A DNA stretch of 64,000 bases. It comes from Squalus acanthias (Eukaryota). The DNA is taken from NCBI GenBank assembly GCA_030390025.1, contig CM059432.1, forward strand, positions 104,286,001 through 104,350,000. Reading direction: 5' to 3'. The notes beneath the pieces are model-generated. The model searched no databases and was not told the origin of the DNA. It worked only from the letters and a program-made list of their open reading frames with translations. Shown here piece after piece: positions 11,910 to 23,389 of the stretch. The number at the start of each line of letters is the position of its first letter. Position 1 is the stretch's first letter. The position numbers were made by a program, and so were the translations under genes.

Positions 11910-13080
11910 TAAAACGCGCGATTAAACATAAAGCGTCGGTGTCACGCAGAAGGCGGCGGCGGATGAGGTGTCAAAACCGCATAAATACTGGAGAAATAAA
12001 TAAAAAGCCCTAGGTGAAATATAAGAGATGGGGAGGGAAGAGAGAAGGGGTGCATCAGAGGATTAAAACACTTGGGGTTATAATCCTGCGATTACGATAA
12101 ACCCAGGGTTACGGGCCCAAAACAACCTGGAAACAGCTGCTGTGCAGCCAAAGTCCGCACAGAAATACCGAGAACAGCGGGGAACATGATGGCCGGGGCC
12201 CAGCGCGGCCGCCGGTACCGCCCGACCGGTCGAGACCGAAAGGGAAGGAGCGTGCCGGTGGCCCACCGACTCTCCGCGATTTAATTCGTGTCCCAGCCGC
12301 CTCTCAGACAAGCAACAACGGCCAACCTGAGCACTCGAGGCCGGGGATAGGCCGCTTCTCCCAACTCGCCTTCTCCTGTCGCCATTTTACCCCACGGCTT
12401 CGCCCCGAGGTCCCCAGCAGGCACGTTTCTCACCCACCGTTTGCCCAGCTCGGGCCACACTCCCACTTTTACACTGCACCTACCAAACGCGGGCCGGGCC
12501 TCGCTCCTTCCCCAAGCGCTGACGTGCGCACCCACCACGAACTATAAATAAAGCTGGGCCGTCCAGCAGGAACCGAGGGCCGGCCGGCCGTTAACATGCG
12601 CAGCCGGATGTTTGCGCCTTCACTCACTGTCCGTTGCCGCGCCCGCTCCGCTCTGCTTCAGTCCCAAGGCCGGCCGGTCCGTCGGTTGTGGCTCTCCGAG
12701 CCCCCCCCCCGCCGGCTCCTCACACAAACACTGACTGAGAGCGAGAGGCGGCGAACAAGATGGCGGCCGCCGCAGCCGCTTCCCGCCCAAAACGATTCAA
12801 ACGCACCGGATGTTTACCATCCAACCGACAGAGGGAGAGGGAACCCTCACCTCACCCGGGCCGAGGGAACCCTCACCTCACCGAGGGCATCCTCACCCTG
12901 GCGGAGGGATCCCTCACCTCACCGAGGGCATCCTCACCCGGGCGGAGGGATCCCTCACCCTCGCCAAGGGCATCCTCACCCGGGCTGAGGGACCCCTCAC
13001 CTCACTGACGGCATCCTCACCCGGGCCGAGGGATTCCACACCCTCGCCGAGGGCATCCTCACCGAGGGAACCCTCACTCG
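11910..13080. promoter_or_regulatory. CpG-island promoter with YY1 (12756-12767), E2F-like (12780-12791), CHR-like (12796-12801) and ETS-like (12604, 12806) motifs
   Basis: High CpG density against a CpG-poor background; CAAGATGGCGGC, TTCCCGCCCAAA, TTCAAA and CCGGATGT motifs present. Confidence 0.75.
12628..12780 (-). other. Probable non-coding first exon of an unidentified - strand gene (TSS approximate)
   Basis: - strand reads GCCGCCATCTTG (YY1, typical near a TSS) ... GGCAACGGACA|GTGAGT donor; no ATG in the exon. Confidence 0.5.
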
Positions 13081-13083
13081 GCC
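12837..13083. repeat. GC-rich minisatellite, ~41-bp composite unit, about 6 copies
   Basis: Unit GAGGG(A/T/C)CCCTCACCTCACC-GAGGGCATCCTCACCCGGGC; short remnants also at 13846-13890 and 14557-14588. Confidence 0.85.
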
Positions 13084-13731
13084 ACGCCGTGGTGCACCAT
13101 CTTGCTGTCCGGAGGAGGCGGGGGTCCCCAATGGAGGGCTTTCTACGCGGGAGTCCTCCCTTTATCTATTGGGCATTTGGCCTGGAGGGTGTTGCATGGA
13201 GCAGTCCCGTGCAATAAAGTTTGAAGTCGGTTCACGGGCTCCCAGGCCGCCTGCCTTTTCTGTGGCCTGGAGGAGTCCATGTTCCACGTTTATGTGGAGT
13301 GAGAGGTTGAAGCCCCTCTTTCATTATTTGAAGGGGCTGCTCCTCGATTTTTGGCTGCACTTCAGTCCCACGCTCCTGATCTTTGGTCAACCGGTGCGGA
13401 GGGGAGCGGGCAGGTCGGAGGACCTCCTCGTGGGATTGCTCCTGGGCCTGGCGAAGATGGCCATAAACAGGTCCAGGCAGCGGGCGGTCGGGGGGGGTCG
13501 TTCGGCCCGATTGCCTGCCTCTCTTCCGCGGCTATGTTCGCACCTGAGTGGCGCTGGAGATGGAGCACTCAGTGTCCGCCAGCACGCTTGAGGCCTTCCG
13601 CAACCGGTGGGCGCCGCAGGGACTGGAGTGCATCATCACCCCGGCCAATGCAATTTGAATTTAATTTGTTAAGTATTATTTAAAGTTTTATTAATTTACA
13701 GTAGATTTGTTTAAACAACACACCAAAAGAG
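13080..13731 (+). mobile_element. Tx1-clade L1 LINE 3' fragment (copy 1)
   Basis: ORF2 C-terminus with zinc-knuckle remnant CLFCGLEESMFHVY, then LKGLLLDFWLHFSPTLLIFG...LLLGLAKMAINRSR; AT-rich tail ending caccaaaagag. Confidence 0.8.
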
Positions 13732-13891
13732 AACAAACACTGACTGAGAGCGAGAGGCGGCGAACAAGATGGCGGCCGCCGCAGCCGCTTCCCGCCCAAA
13801 ACGATTCAAACACAATGGATGTTTACCATCCAACCGACAGAGGGAGAGGGAACCCTCACCTCATCCTCACCCGGGCCAAGGGAACCCTCAT

Positions 13892-14544
13892 CCGGACACG
13901 CCTTGGTGCACCATCTTGCCGTCCAAAGGAGGCGGGGGTCCCCAATGGAGGGCTCTCTACGCGGGAATCCTCCCTTTATCTATTGGGGACTTGGCCTGGA
14001 GGGTGTTGCACGGAGCAGTCCCGTGCAATAAAGTTTGAAGTCGGTTCACGGACTCCCAGGCCGCCTGCCTTTTCTGTGGCCTGGAGGAGTCCGTGTTCCA
14101 CGTTTATGTGGAGTGAGAGGTTGCAGCCCCTCTTCCATTATTTGAAGGGGTTGCTCCTCGATTTTTGGCTGCACTTCAGTCCTACGCTCCTGATCTTTGG
14201 TCACCTGGTGCGGAGGGGAGAGGCAGGTCGGGGGACCTCCTCGTGGGACTGCTCCTGGGCCTGGCCAAAGTGGCCATCAACAGGTCCAGGCAGCGGGCGG
14301 TCGAGGGGGTCGTTCGGCCCGACTGCCTGCCTGTCTTCCGCGGCCACGTTCGCGCTCAAGTGGCCCTGGAGATGGAGCACGCGGTGTCCGCCGGCACGCT
14401 CGAGGCCTTGTGCAACCGGTGGGCACCGCAGGGACTGGAGTGCTTCATCACCCCGGAAACCAAATTTTAATTTAATTTGTTAAGTTTAATTTGATGTATT
14501 TTTGCTAAGTTACAGTTTTTTGTTTATTGATCGCACCAAAAGAG
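13892..14544 (+). mobile_element. Tx1-clade L1 LINE 3' fragment (copy 2)
   Basis: PDTPWCTILP...GDLAWRVLHGAVPCNK...RWAPQGLECFITP; same 5' truncation point as copy 1; ends caccaaaagag. Confidence 0.8.
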
Positions 14545-15311
14545 CACTCTCACATAGGCCGAGGGAACCCTCACCCGGGCCGAGGGAATATCGCTCTGTC
14601 GAGGGGTGCTTTTGTGCTTCTGCATTTAACGAGTGAGTGACTGTTCTCTTTAAAACCATCCAATTTTTTTTGAAAGTACCTTCATCACAACTGCACCTCT
14701 TCTCCATTTCTAAATTACGATGTAAAATGCATTGTTCTGGGCTATTGGTGTGTCTTAATCTCTTACGTTTGCGGAATGATGCAGCACAGAAGGAGGCCAT
14801 TCGACCCATCATACCTCTGCTGGCTCTTTGAAAGAGCTATCCAATTTGTCCCACTCCCTTGCTCTTTCCCCATAGCCCAGCAATTTTTTTCCAGTCAAGT
14901 ATTTATCCAATTCCCTTTTTAAAGTTATTATTGAATCTGCTTCCATCACCCTTTCATGCACTGCATTCTAGATCACAACTCGCTGTGTGTAAAAAAAAAA
15001 AAAAAAATCCTCTTATCGCCTCTGATTCTTTTGCCAATCACCTTAAATCTGTGCCCTCTGGTTACTGATCCTTCTGGAAATAGTTTCTCTTTATCAAAAC
15101 TGTTCATAATTTTAAACACCTATCAAATCTCCCCTTAACCTTCTCTGCTCGAAGGAGACCAACCCCAGCTTCTCCAGTCTCTCCACATAACTGAAGTACT
15201 TCATCCCTGATACCATTCTAGTAAATCTCTTCTGCACCTTCAAAGCTTTGTGTGCATACACCCCCTGGTCTCTCTGTTTCTGCACCCCCTTTAAAACTGT
15301 ACCATTTAGTT

Positions 15312-15919
15312 CATGTCAGCTTAACATCGGTGGTAGGAAAAATAGTGGAATCCCTACTAAAGGAGAAAATAGAAGAACATCTAGAAGCCAAAAATATAAT
15401 AATGAATAGTCAGCATGGATTTCAAAAGGGAAAGTCTTGCTTGACCAAACTCATTGAATTTTTTGACAAGGTAACACAGAGAATAAACAAGGGTAATGCA
15501 GTAGATGTAATTTAAAGGATGAACAGGCTGGATCTCTTTTCGCTTGAAAAAAGGCTGATGGGTGACCTAATTGAGGTTTTTAAAATTGTGAAAGGTTTTG
15601 ATAGAGTAGATACAGAGAGAGTGTTTCCACTTGTGGGCAAGATAAGATAATCACCAAGAAATCAAATAGGGAATTCAGAAGAAACTTCTTTACCCAGAGA
15701 GTGGTGAGAATGTGGAACTCGCTACCACAGGGAGTAGTTGAGGCAAATAGTATAGATGCATTTAAGGGGAGATTAGATAAGGAGAAGGGAATAGAGCATT
15801 ATGCTGACAGAGTTAGATGAGGAAAGACTGGAGGAGGCTCGAGTGGAGAATAAATGCCGGCATGGACTGGTTGGGCCGAATGGCCTGTTTCTGTGCCGTA
15901 TATCCTATGTAATGTAATG
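15312..15919 (+). mobile_element. Younger CR1 fragment with internal deletion (same family as 18254-21325)
   Basis: VSLTSVVGKIVESLLKE...NAVDVI jumps at ~15513 to the C-terminal region; 3' tail ...tatcctatgtaatgtaatg. Confidence 0.8.
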
Positions 15920-16937
15920 TTGCCTTTCCTCATTCTTCCTACCAAAATGTATCTCTTCACACTTCTCTGCATTAAATTTAATCAGTCTGTTTATGTCCTT
16001 CTGCAGTCTGTTACTATCCTCCTCATTGTTTGCTACATTTCTGAGTTCCGTGACATCTGCAAACTTTGAAATTATGTCCTGTATACCCAAATCCAGGCCA
16101 TTAATATATATTTAAAAAAAGCAGTGATCCTAATACTGATCCCTGGAGAACACCACTGTATACTTCCCTCCAGTCTAAAAAATAGCCGTTCACCACTCCT
16201 TTCTGCTTTCTATACCTTAGCTAATTCTTTATCCATGCTGCCACCGTCCCTTTAATCCCATGGGCTTTAATTTTACTAACAAGTCTATTATGTGGTACTT
16301 TGTCAAATGCTTTTTGAAAGTCCATATACACAACATCAACTGCACTACCCTCATCAACCCTCTCCATTACTGCATCAAAAAACTTAATCAAGTTCGTCAA
16401 ACACAATTCGCCTTTAATAAATCCGTGCTGACTTTCATCTATTAGCCCATTCTTTTCCAAGTGCCAATTAATTTTGTCCTGGATTATTTTCACTAAAGGT
16501 TTCCCCACCATCAATGTTAGGCTGACTGGCCTGTAGTTGCCAAGTTTACCCCTCTCCCCTTTTTTGAACAGGGGTGTAACATTTGGAATCCTCCAGTGCT
16601 CTAGCACCACCCCCATATCCAAGGAGGATTGGAAGAGGCTCCGTAATTTCCACCCTTACTTCCCTGAAGCATCCCATTAGGACCGGGTGACTTTTCTCCT
16701 TCGAGGATTTCCAACCTTTTAAGTACATCCTTTGTATCTATTTTTATCCTATCCAATATCGTTACTACCTCCTCCTTTACTGATACATTGACATAATCCT
16801 CTTCTCTACTGAAGACAGATGCAAAGTACTCAATTAGTACAATAGCAAAATACTGCGGATGCTGGAAATCTGAAATAACAACAGAAAACACTGGAAACAC
16901 TCAGCAGGCCAGGCAGCATCTGTGGAGAGAGAAACAG

Positions 16938-16974
16938 AGTTAACGTTTCAGGTCTGGGACCCTTCATCAGAACT
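16938..16974 (-). ncRNA. Minimal type I hammerhead ribozyme (PLE family B), intact core
   Basis: - strand AGTT CTGATGA A GGGTC CCA GACCT GAAA CG TT AACT: stem I AGUU/AACU, CUGAUGA, stem II, GAAA, palindromic AACGUU; lies in PLE 3' fragment ~16838-17050. Confidence 0.8.
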
Positions 16975-18253
16975 GGAAAAAGCTGGAGATGTAACAGATA
17001 TTAAGCAGGTGCAGAGACAGGGGTGGGGAGGAAGGAATTGAAGGAATATACTGTGCTTTTGTAAGAGGCAGGAAAGATAAAATGTTGCAAATGGGAATGG
17101 CATGCCCTCTGCCTCCACAAGAATATCTCCTTTTTGGTCCCTAATTGGCACCACCCTTGACTACTCTTTTACTATTTATGTTTTTATAAAAAGACTTTTG
17201 GGTTCCCTCTTATGTTAGCCGCTAATCTATTCTCACACTCTCTCTTTGCCCCTTTAATTCCCTTTTTGGCCTAGAATCATAGATTCATAGAATAGTACAA
17301 CACAGAAGGAGGCCATTCGGCCCATTGAGTTTGCACTGGCTCTTTCAAAGAGCAATCCAGTTAGTTCCACTCCCCCGATCTTTCCCCATATCCCTGCAAT
17401 TTTTCCTCCTTCAAGTATTTATCCAATTCCCTATTGAAGGCTACTATTGAATCTGTATCCACCACGCTATCAGGCAGTGCATTCCAAATCCTAACCACTC
17501 GTTGCATAAAAAAGTTATTTCTCATGTTGCCTCTGGTTCTTTTGCCAATCACCTTAAATCTGGGTCTCTCGTTATCGACCCTTCAGCCATTGGAAACAGT
17601 TTCTCTTTATTTACTCTTATCTAAATCCTTCATGATTTTAAATACCTCTATCAAATCTCCTCTTAGCATTCTCTGCTCCAAGGAGAACAACTCCAACTTC
17701 TCTGGTCTATCCATGTAACTGTATTCCCTCATTACTAGAACCATTCTAGTAAATCTCTTCTATACCCTCTCCAAAGCCTTCACGTCCTTCCTAAAGTGTA
17801 GTGCCCAGAATTGGACACAGTACTCCATCTGGGGCCGAACTAGTGTTTTATATAGGTTTAGCATAACTTCCTGGCTTTTGTACTCTATACCTCTGTTCTG
17901 CCTGCCAATTTTTGATTCCAATTCAACTACACCAGATCCCTTTTTAACTCACTGAAGTTAGCCCTCATCCAGTTAACTATTTTTATGCTTGATTGTACCT
18001 TGTCCTTTTCTATAACTATTACAAATCTGATATTATGATCACTCTTCCCAAAATGCTCTCCCACTGAAACTTACTCCATTTGCCACACTTCATTCCTCAG
18101 AACTAGATCCAGCACTGCTTCCTTCCTTGTTGGGCTGGAAACACACTGATCAAGAAAGTACTCTTGTATACATTTCAGGAATTACTCCCCCTCTTTGCCC
18201 TTTACACTGTTACTATCCCAGTCTATATTAGGATAATTGGAGTTCCCATTATT

Positions 18254-21200
18254 ACATAAGATGACATAGGATATACAGCACAGGAACAGGACATTCGGCC
18301 CAACCAGTCCATGCCGGCGTTTATGCTCCACTCGAGCCTCCTCCCATCTTTCCTCATCTAAATCTATCAGCGTAACCCTCTATTCCCTTCTCCCTCATAT
18401 GCTTGTCCAGCCTCCCCTTAAATGCATCTATACTATTCGCTTCAACCACTCCCTGTGGTAGTGAGTTCCACATTCTCACTACTCTTTGGGTAAAGAAGTT
18501 TCTTCTGAATTCCCTATTGGATTTCTTGGTGACTATCTTATATTGACGGCCTCTAGTTATGCTCTTCCCCACAAATGGAAACATTCTCTCTGTATGCACT
18601 CTATCAAAACCTTTCATAATTTTAAAGACCTCTATTAGGTCACCCCTCAGCCTTTTTTTTCCAAGAGAAAAGAGACCCAGCCTGTTCATCCTTTCCTGAT
18701 ATGTATACCCTCTCATTTCTGGTATCATCCTTGTAAATCTTCTCTGCGCCCTCTCCATTGCCTCTATATCCTTTTTATAATATGGCGACCAGAACTGCAC
18801 GCAGTACTCTAAGTGTGGTCTAACCAAGGTTCGATACAGGTTTACTTTTCAATTTTATCCCTCCAGAAAAAAACCCTAGTGCTTGGTTTGCTTTTTTTAT
18901 GGCCTTGCTAACCTGTGGTGCAACTTTTAGTGATTTGTGTATTTGTACTCCGAGATCCCTTTGTTCCTCTACCCCACCTAGACTCACACCCTCCAAGTGA
19001 TAAGTGACCTCCCTATTCTTCCTACCAAAATGTAATAACTTACATTTATCTGTGTTGAACTTCATTTGCCAATTATTTGCCCATTCTGCAAGTTTATTAA
19101 TATCCTCCTGTAATTTGTTGCAGTCCTCCTCAGTATTTACTATCCCCTCCAAGTTGGTATCATCTGCAAATTTACAAATTGTGTTTTTGATTCCCAAGTC
19201 TAAATCATTAATGTAAATTGTGAACAGCAGTGGTCCCAGCACTGATCCTTGTGGAACACCACTACCCACCTTCTGCCACTGTGAATAGCTACTCTTTACT
19301 CCCACTCTCTGCTTTCTGTCTTGAAGCCAGCTAGCTATCCAATCTGCTACTTGTCCCCTGACTCCGCATTCTCTGATCTTATGCATTAATTTATTATGGG
19401 GTACCTTATCGAAGGCCTTTTGATAATCTAGATAAATTACATCTACTGCATTTCCATTGTCTACTCTCTCTGATACCTCTTCCAAAAATTCAATAAGGTT
19501 GGTCAAGCAAGATATTCCCTTTTGAAATCCACGCTGACCATTCATTATTATACTTTTTGTTTCTAGATGTTCTTCTATTCTCTCCTTTAGTAGGGATTCC
19601 ATTATTTTTCCTACCACTGATGTTAAGCTGACTGGTCTATAATTCCCTGGACATGTTCTATCACCCTTCTTAAATATAGGTATTATGTTAGCTATCCACC
19701 AGTCCTCTGCCACTACACCTTTTTCTAACAAATTATTAAATATGTGTCGTAATGCCTCTGTTATCTCTTCCCTAGATTCTTTTAAAATGCATGGATGCAA
19801 TCCATCCGGATCAGGGCTTTTATCCTCTTTGAGTTTGATTAGTTTATTTAATATATCCCCTTTTTTATTTTAAATGTACTTATCTCATTACTCATCTCAT
19901 CATCCAATGTCATGTCCACCTGTTCTATCTCCCTGCTAAATACCGAAGCGGAATAATGATTTAATATTTCTGCCATCTCCCTATCGTTACCTGTGGTATT
20001 GTCCTGTCTATCCCTTAATGGCCCTATTCCCATCCCAACCTTCATTTTTTTATTGATGTGCCTGTAAAATATTTTACTATTTTGTTTTATGTTCCTTGAT
20101 AATTTAATTTCATAGTTCCTCTTTCCCTTCCTAATTGTTTTTTTGACTTCTCTCCTAATCCCTTCGTATTCTCTCTTATCATGCACTCCCCTGCTGTCTA
20201 TGTACTTAATGCCTCTTTCCTTACCCTCAATTGTTCCCTTATGTCTTTATTCATCCATGGAGTCTCATTAGTGTTTAGTTTGTTCTTTTCTTTTAGCGGA
20301 ATATATTTTTCCTGCACTCTGTTGAACACCGTTTTAAATGTTTCCCATTGTCGTTCTACATCATTATTTGCCAATATTATTGCCCATTTATCTTCCCAAG
20401 TTCTATTCTCGGCCTCTCAAAATCAGCTTTTCTCCAATCTATTAACTTGGTTTTTGTCATACTTATGTCCTTCTCTATTATCATCTTAAAGCGTATTATA
20501 TTATGGTCACTATTGCCTATACATTCCCCTACTTTTACTTCTCTTATCTGCTCTGGCTCATTCCCCATAACTAGATCCAATAGCGAATCCTCCCTTGTTG
20601 AGCTTTTTACATATTGGGTTAGAAAGGAGTCCTGTAGACATTGTAGGAACTCCATTCCCTTATCCCCTTTACCTACATCTTCTGTCCAATTAATATCGGG
20701 GTAGTTGAAATCCCCCATGATTATTATTCTATGTTTTTTACTAATTTCTCTAATTTGTCTGTATATTTCTTCCTCCACCTCCCTTCCACTATTAGGTGGT
20801 CTGCAGACTACGCCTATTAGTGTGATTGATCCTTTATTATCTTTTATTTCTATCCATATGGATTCTATTTTTGTCTTGCTGATATCTACGTCCCTTTTTT
20901 CTACTGCCATTAGGGATTTAATAAGTACAGCTACTCCACCTCCCCTTTTCCCCTCTCTATCTTTTCTAAATATGTTACACCCTACAATGTTTAATTCCAA
21001 GTCCTGATTTTTCTGTATCCACGTTTCAGTAATCCCTACCATGTCTGGTTCCTCCCAACGCATGATTGCCTCCAGCTCCCCTGTTTTATTACGGACACTG
21101 TGTGCATTGCTGTACAGACAGTTTAACTCATTTTTAATCGGATTTCCTCTCACTTTATGTTTAACCATCTTTTTAGACTCCTGTTCTATAACTCTATTTT

Positions 21201-21325
21201 CTCCCTTGCCGTCAATGACCTCCTTTACATTATTTTTTCTTATGCTCACTTTCCTGTTTTGTTTATATTTAGGCTGCTTACGTTTCTTGTAGATCCCTCC
21301 CCCCTTCTTACTAATTTAAAGCCTT
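18254..21325 (-). mobile_element. Relatively young CR1 LINE, near-complete ORF2 (APE endonuclease + RT), frameshifted
   Basis: ORFs 20377-21249 (GITETW, IMGDFNYP, SDHN), 19848-20186, 18820-19800 ([15 protein letters not shown]) and 18354-18827; 3' tail at 18254-18350. Confidence 0.95.
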
Positions 21326-21329
21326 TGCC

Positions 21330-22127
21330 ACCTCCCTATTTAGTCCCGCCTCCATTGACTTCTGGCCAACCCACATTATTTTCCCTTGATTGGCCTTGTT
21401 AAGCCCACCCAGCGGGCTTAGCAGGCCAATTAAGGGGAAGCCAGTTACAGAGAACGTCAGCGTATGACGTTTGATCTGTCAAATTTTTGACAGATGAATT
21501 GTTATCGTTTGACAGCTCTGTGAAGCTGTCAAACACTGACATTCTATGTTGTTTGATGAGTTCTTGTATTCAAGACTCATCAAACCTCTTTTGTGAGCAG
21601 AAATTAGATGGTTGTTGCATTGGGGAATGCAGCAGCCATCTGTCATCTCTGCCGGTGAGATGCGAGACTCTCCACATACCCAACGTTTGAAGCCTGCAGG
21701 AAGAAACAAAGGTAAGTAAACATTTTCTATCGCTTTCCACTCACTTCACATACTTACCTCTCCACACTTGCACCCATCACTTACCTTCATAGCACACTTT
21801 TGCACCTCGCCGACCCCCACAGACCCACTGCTCGCCTTGGTGACCCTGGCGGGGTTCGCAGCCTTCGGGAAGTCCACACTTGTGTGGGTAAAATGGGGAT
21901 AATCCTCTTATCTGCCTGTTAACTACTGGTTAACAGGCAGTTAAGTGGCTGTAATCCCCTTCCCGCCTCCAGGAGATGGGACCCGGCGCGAGTCGGCTAC
22001 CCGCCTCCTGGGAAGATGGCACAGCAGTGGGTTGGGGGCGGGATGGGCACCCGCCCCCCAGATTCTGCCATTTTCCCGGCAGTCCCGCCTCCAAACCCGC
22101 CTCCCCAGGGCTGGCAAGATCGCATCC
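21330..22127. mobile_element. Hairpin-rich non-autonomous DNA-transposon-like element (left end truncated)
   Basis: At least 10 internal inverted repeats; GC-rich right end (ggcaagatcgcatcc) resembling the termini of the other MITEs; no TSD identified. Confidence 0.45.
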
Positions 22128-22815
22128 AACGTTTCAGGTCGATGACCCTTCGTCTGACGAAACATTAACTCTGTTTCTCTCTCTACAGATGCTGCCTGAC
22201 CTGCTGAGTATTTCCAGCATTTTCTGTTTTTATTTCAGATTTCCAGCATCCGCAGTATTTTGCTTTTGTATTGGGATACATTTCATCCGGGCCTGATGAT
22301 TTATCTACTTTCAAAGATGTAGATAAATCGCCCCATGAAATGTATTCCAGAGTGTTAAGAGAAGCAAGGGAGGAAATAGGAGGCTCTGACCATCATTTAC
22401 CAATCCTCTCTGGCTACAGGTGTGGTGCCGGAGGACTGCTAACATTGTACAGTTGTTTGAAAGGGATAGACTGAGTAATTACAGGCCAGTCAGCCTAACC
22501 TCAGTGATAAACAAATCATTGGAAAAAATTCTGAGGGACAGGATAAATCGTCATTTAGAAAGGCACGGACTAATCAAGTACAGTCAGCATGGATTTGTTA
22601 AGGGATGGTCGTGTCTGATTAACTTGATTGAATTTTTTGAAGAGTTAACAAGGAGCATGGATGAGGGTAGTGCTTTTGCTGTAGTCTACATGGATTTTAG
22701 CAAGGCTTTTGACAAGGTCCCACATGGCAGACTGGTCAGAAAAGAAAAAGCCCATGGGATTCAAGGGAAATTGGCAAGTTGGATCCAAAATTTGCTCAGT
22801 GGCAGGAAACAATGG

Positions 22816-23389
22816 CGAAACAAATCTCCAAGGCGGCCTTAGAGACACACGACAACGCAAAATCATCGAGCAGAAACTGATAGCCAAGTTCAGCACTCAT
22901 GAGGACGGCCTCAACCGGGATCTTGGGTTCATGTCACGATACATGACGTAGAGTCATCCAGATTCAAGTCGTCGTTGGCTTGTTCACAGATGTGATTTCC
23001 AGTAAAAAAAAGTAAAAATGTTAAAGTTTATCGTTTTCCATACAGACTGCAGCTTTTGACACATTAGACCCCCTGTAACCCCACCTCATTGTCTCAGTTG
23101 TATCTTGCTATGTCTTTGATGTGATGCCTTCCTGGCTGACCTGATTGTTTATCTGCCGAGGTGTGACAAAAGGCAGTCAGGAGGATTAAATGTAGTCGTC
23201 TGCCATTGTACGCTTCACATGCATTGTTCTCTATATATGCTTTGTCGATTTGTATTCCTTTACTTCACCTGACGAAGGAGCAGCGCTCCGAAAGCTTGTG
23301 ATTTCAAATAAAACTGTTGGACTATAACCTGGTGTTGTGCGACTTCTCACTTTTGTCCACCCCAGTCCAACACCAGCATCTCCGCATCA
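22816..23389 (+). mobile_element. Penelope-like element family A, 5'-truncated, 12-bp TSD
   Basis: GIY-YIG C-terminus LQGGLRDTRQRKIIEQKLIAKF; TSD aggaaacaatgg at 22804-22815 and 23390-23401. Confidence 0.9.
23265..23301 (+). ncRNA. Minimal type I hammerhead ribozyme (PLE family A), intact core
   Basis: TCAC CTGACGA A GGAGC AGC GCTCC GAAA GC TT GTGA: stem I UCAC/GUGA, stem II GGAGC/GCUCC, palindromic AAGCUU. Confidence 0.8.

Larger units (their letters stand above)
12724..14544. repeat. Tandem duplication (12724-13731 / 13733-14544) of promoter segment, minisatellite and Tx1 fragment
   Basis: acaaacactgactgagagcgagaggcggcgaacaagatggcggcc... occurs at 12724 and 13733 with collinear downstream sequence. 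Confidence 0.95.
14779..18253 (-). mobile_element. Older CR1 LINE fragmented by three nested insertions
   Basis: CR1 3' tail at 14779; RT pieces 15905-16900 (NYRPVSLT, SQHGF, YMDFQKAFDKVPH); inserts at ~15312-15919 (CR1 +), ~16838-17050 (PLE tail) and ~17271-17895 (CR1 -). Confidence 0.75.

Noticed and set aside
12543..13008. + strand TATAAA (12543) and ORF MAAAAAASRPKRF as a possible gene start
   Set aside because: The ATG is part of the YY1 motif, the ORF runs into minisatellite with no splice donor, and a - strand donor fits better. Not fully excluded without CAGE data.
12837..13083. Repeat array superficially like CRISPR
   Set aside because: No unique spacers and a eukaryotic context; it is a minisatellite.
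13707..14483. 258-aa ORF
   Set aside because: Chance read-through of duplicated promoter, minisatellite and frameshifted Tx1 ORF2.
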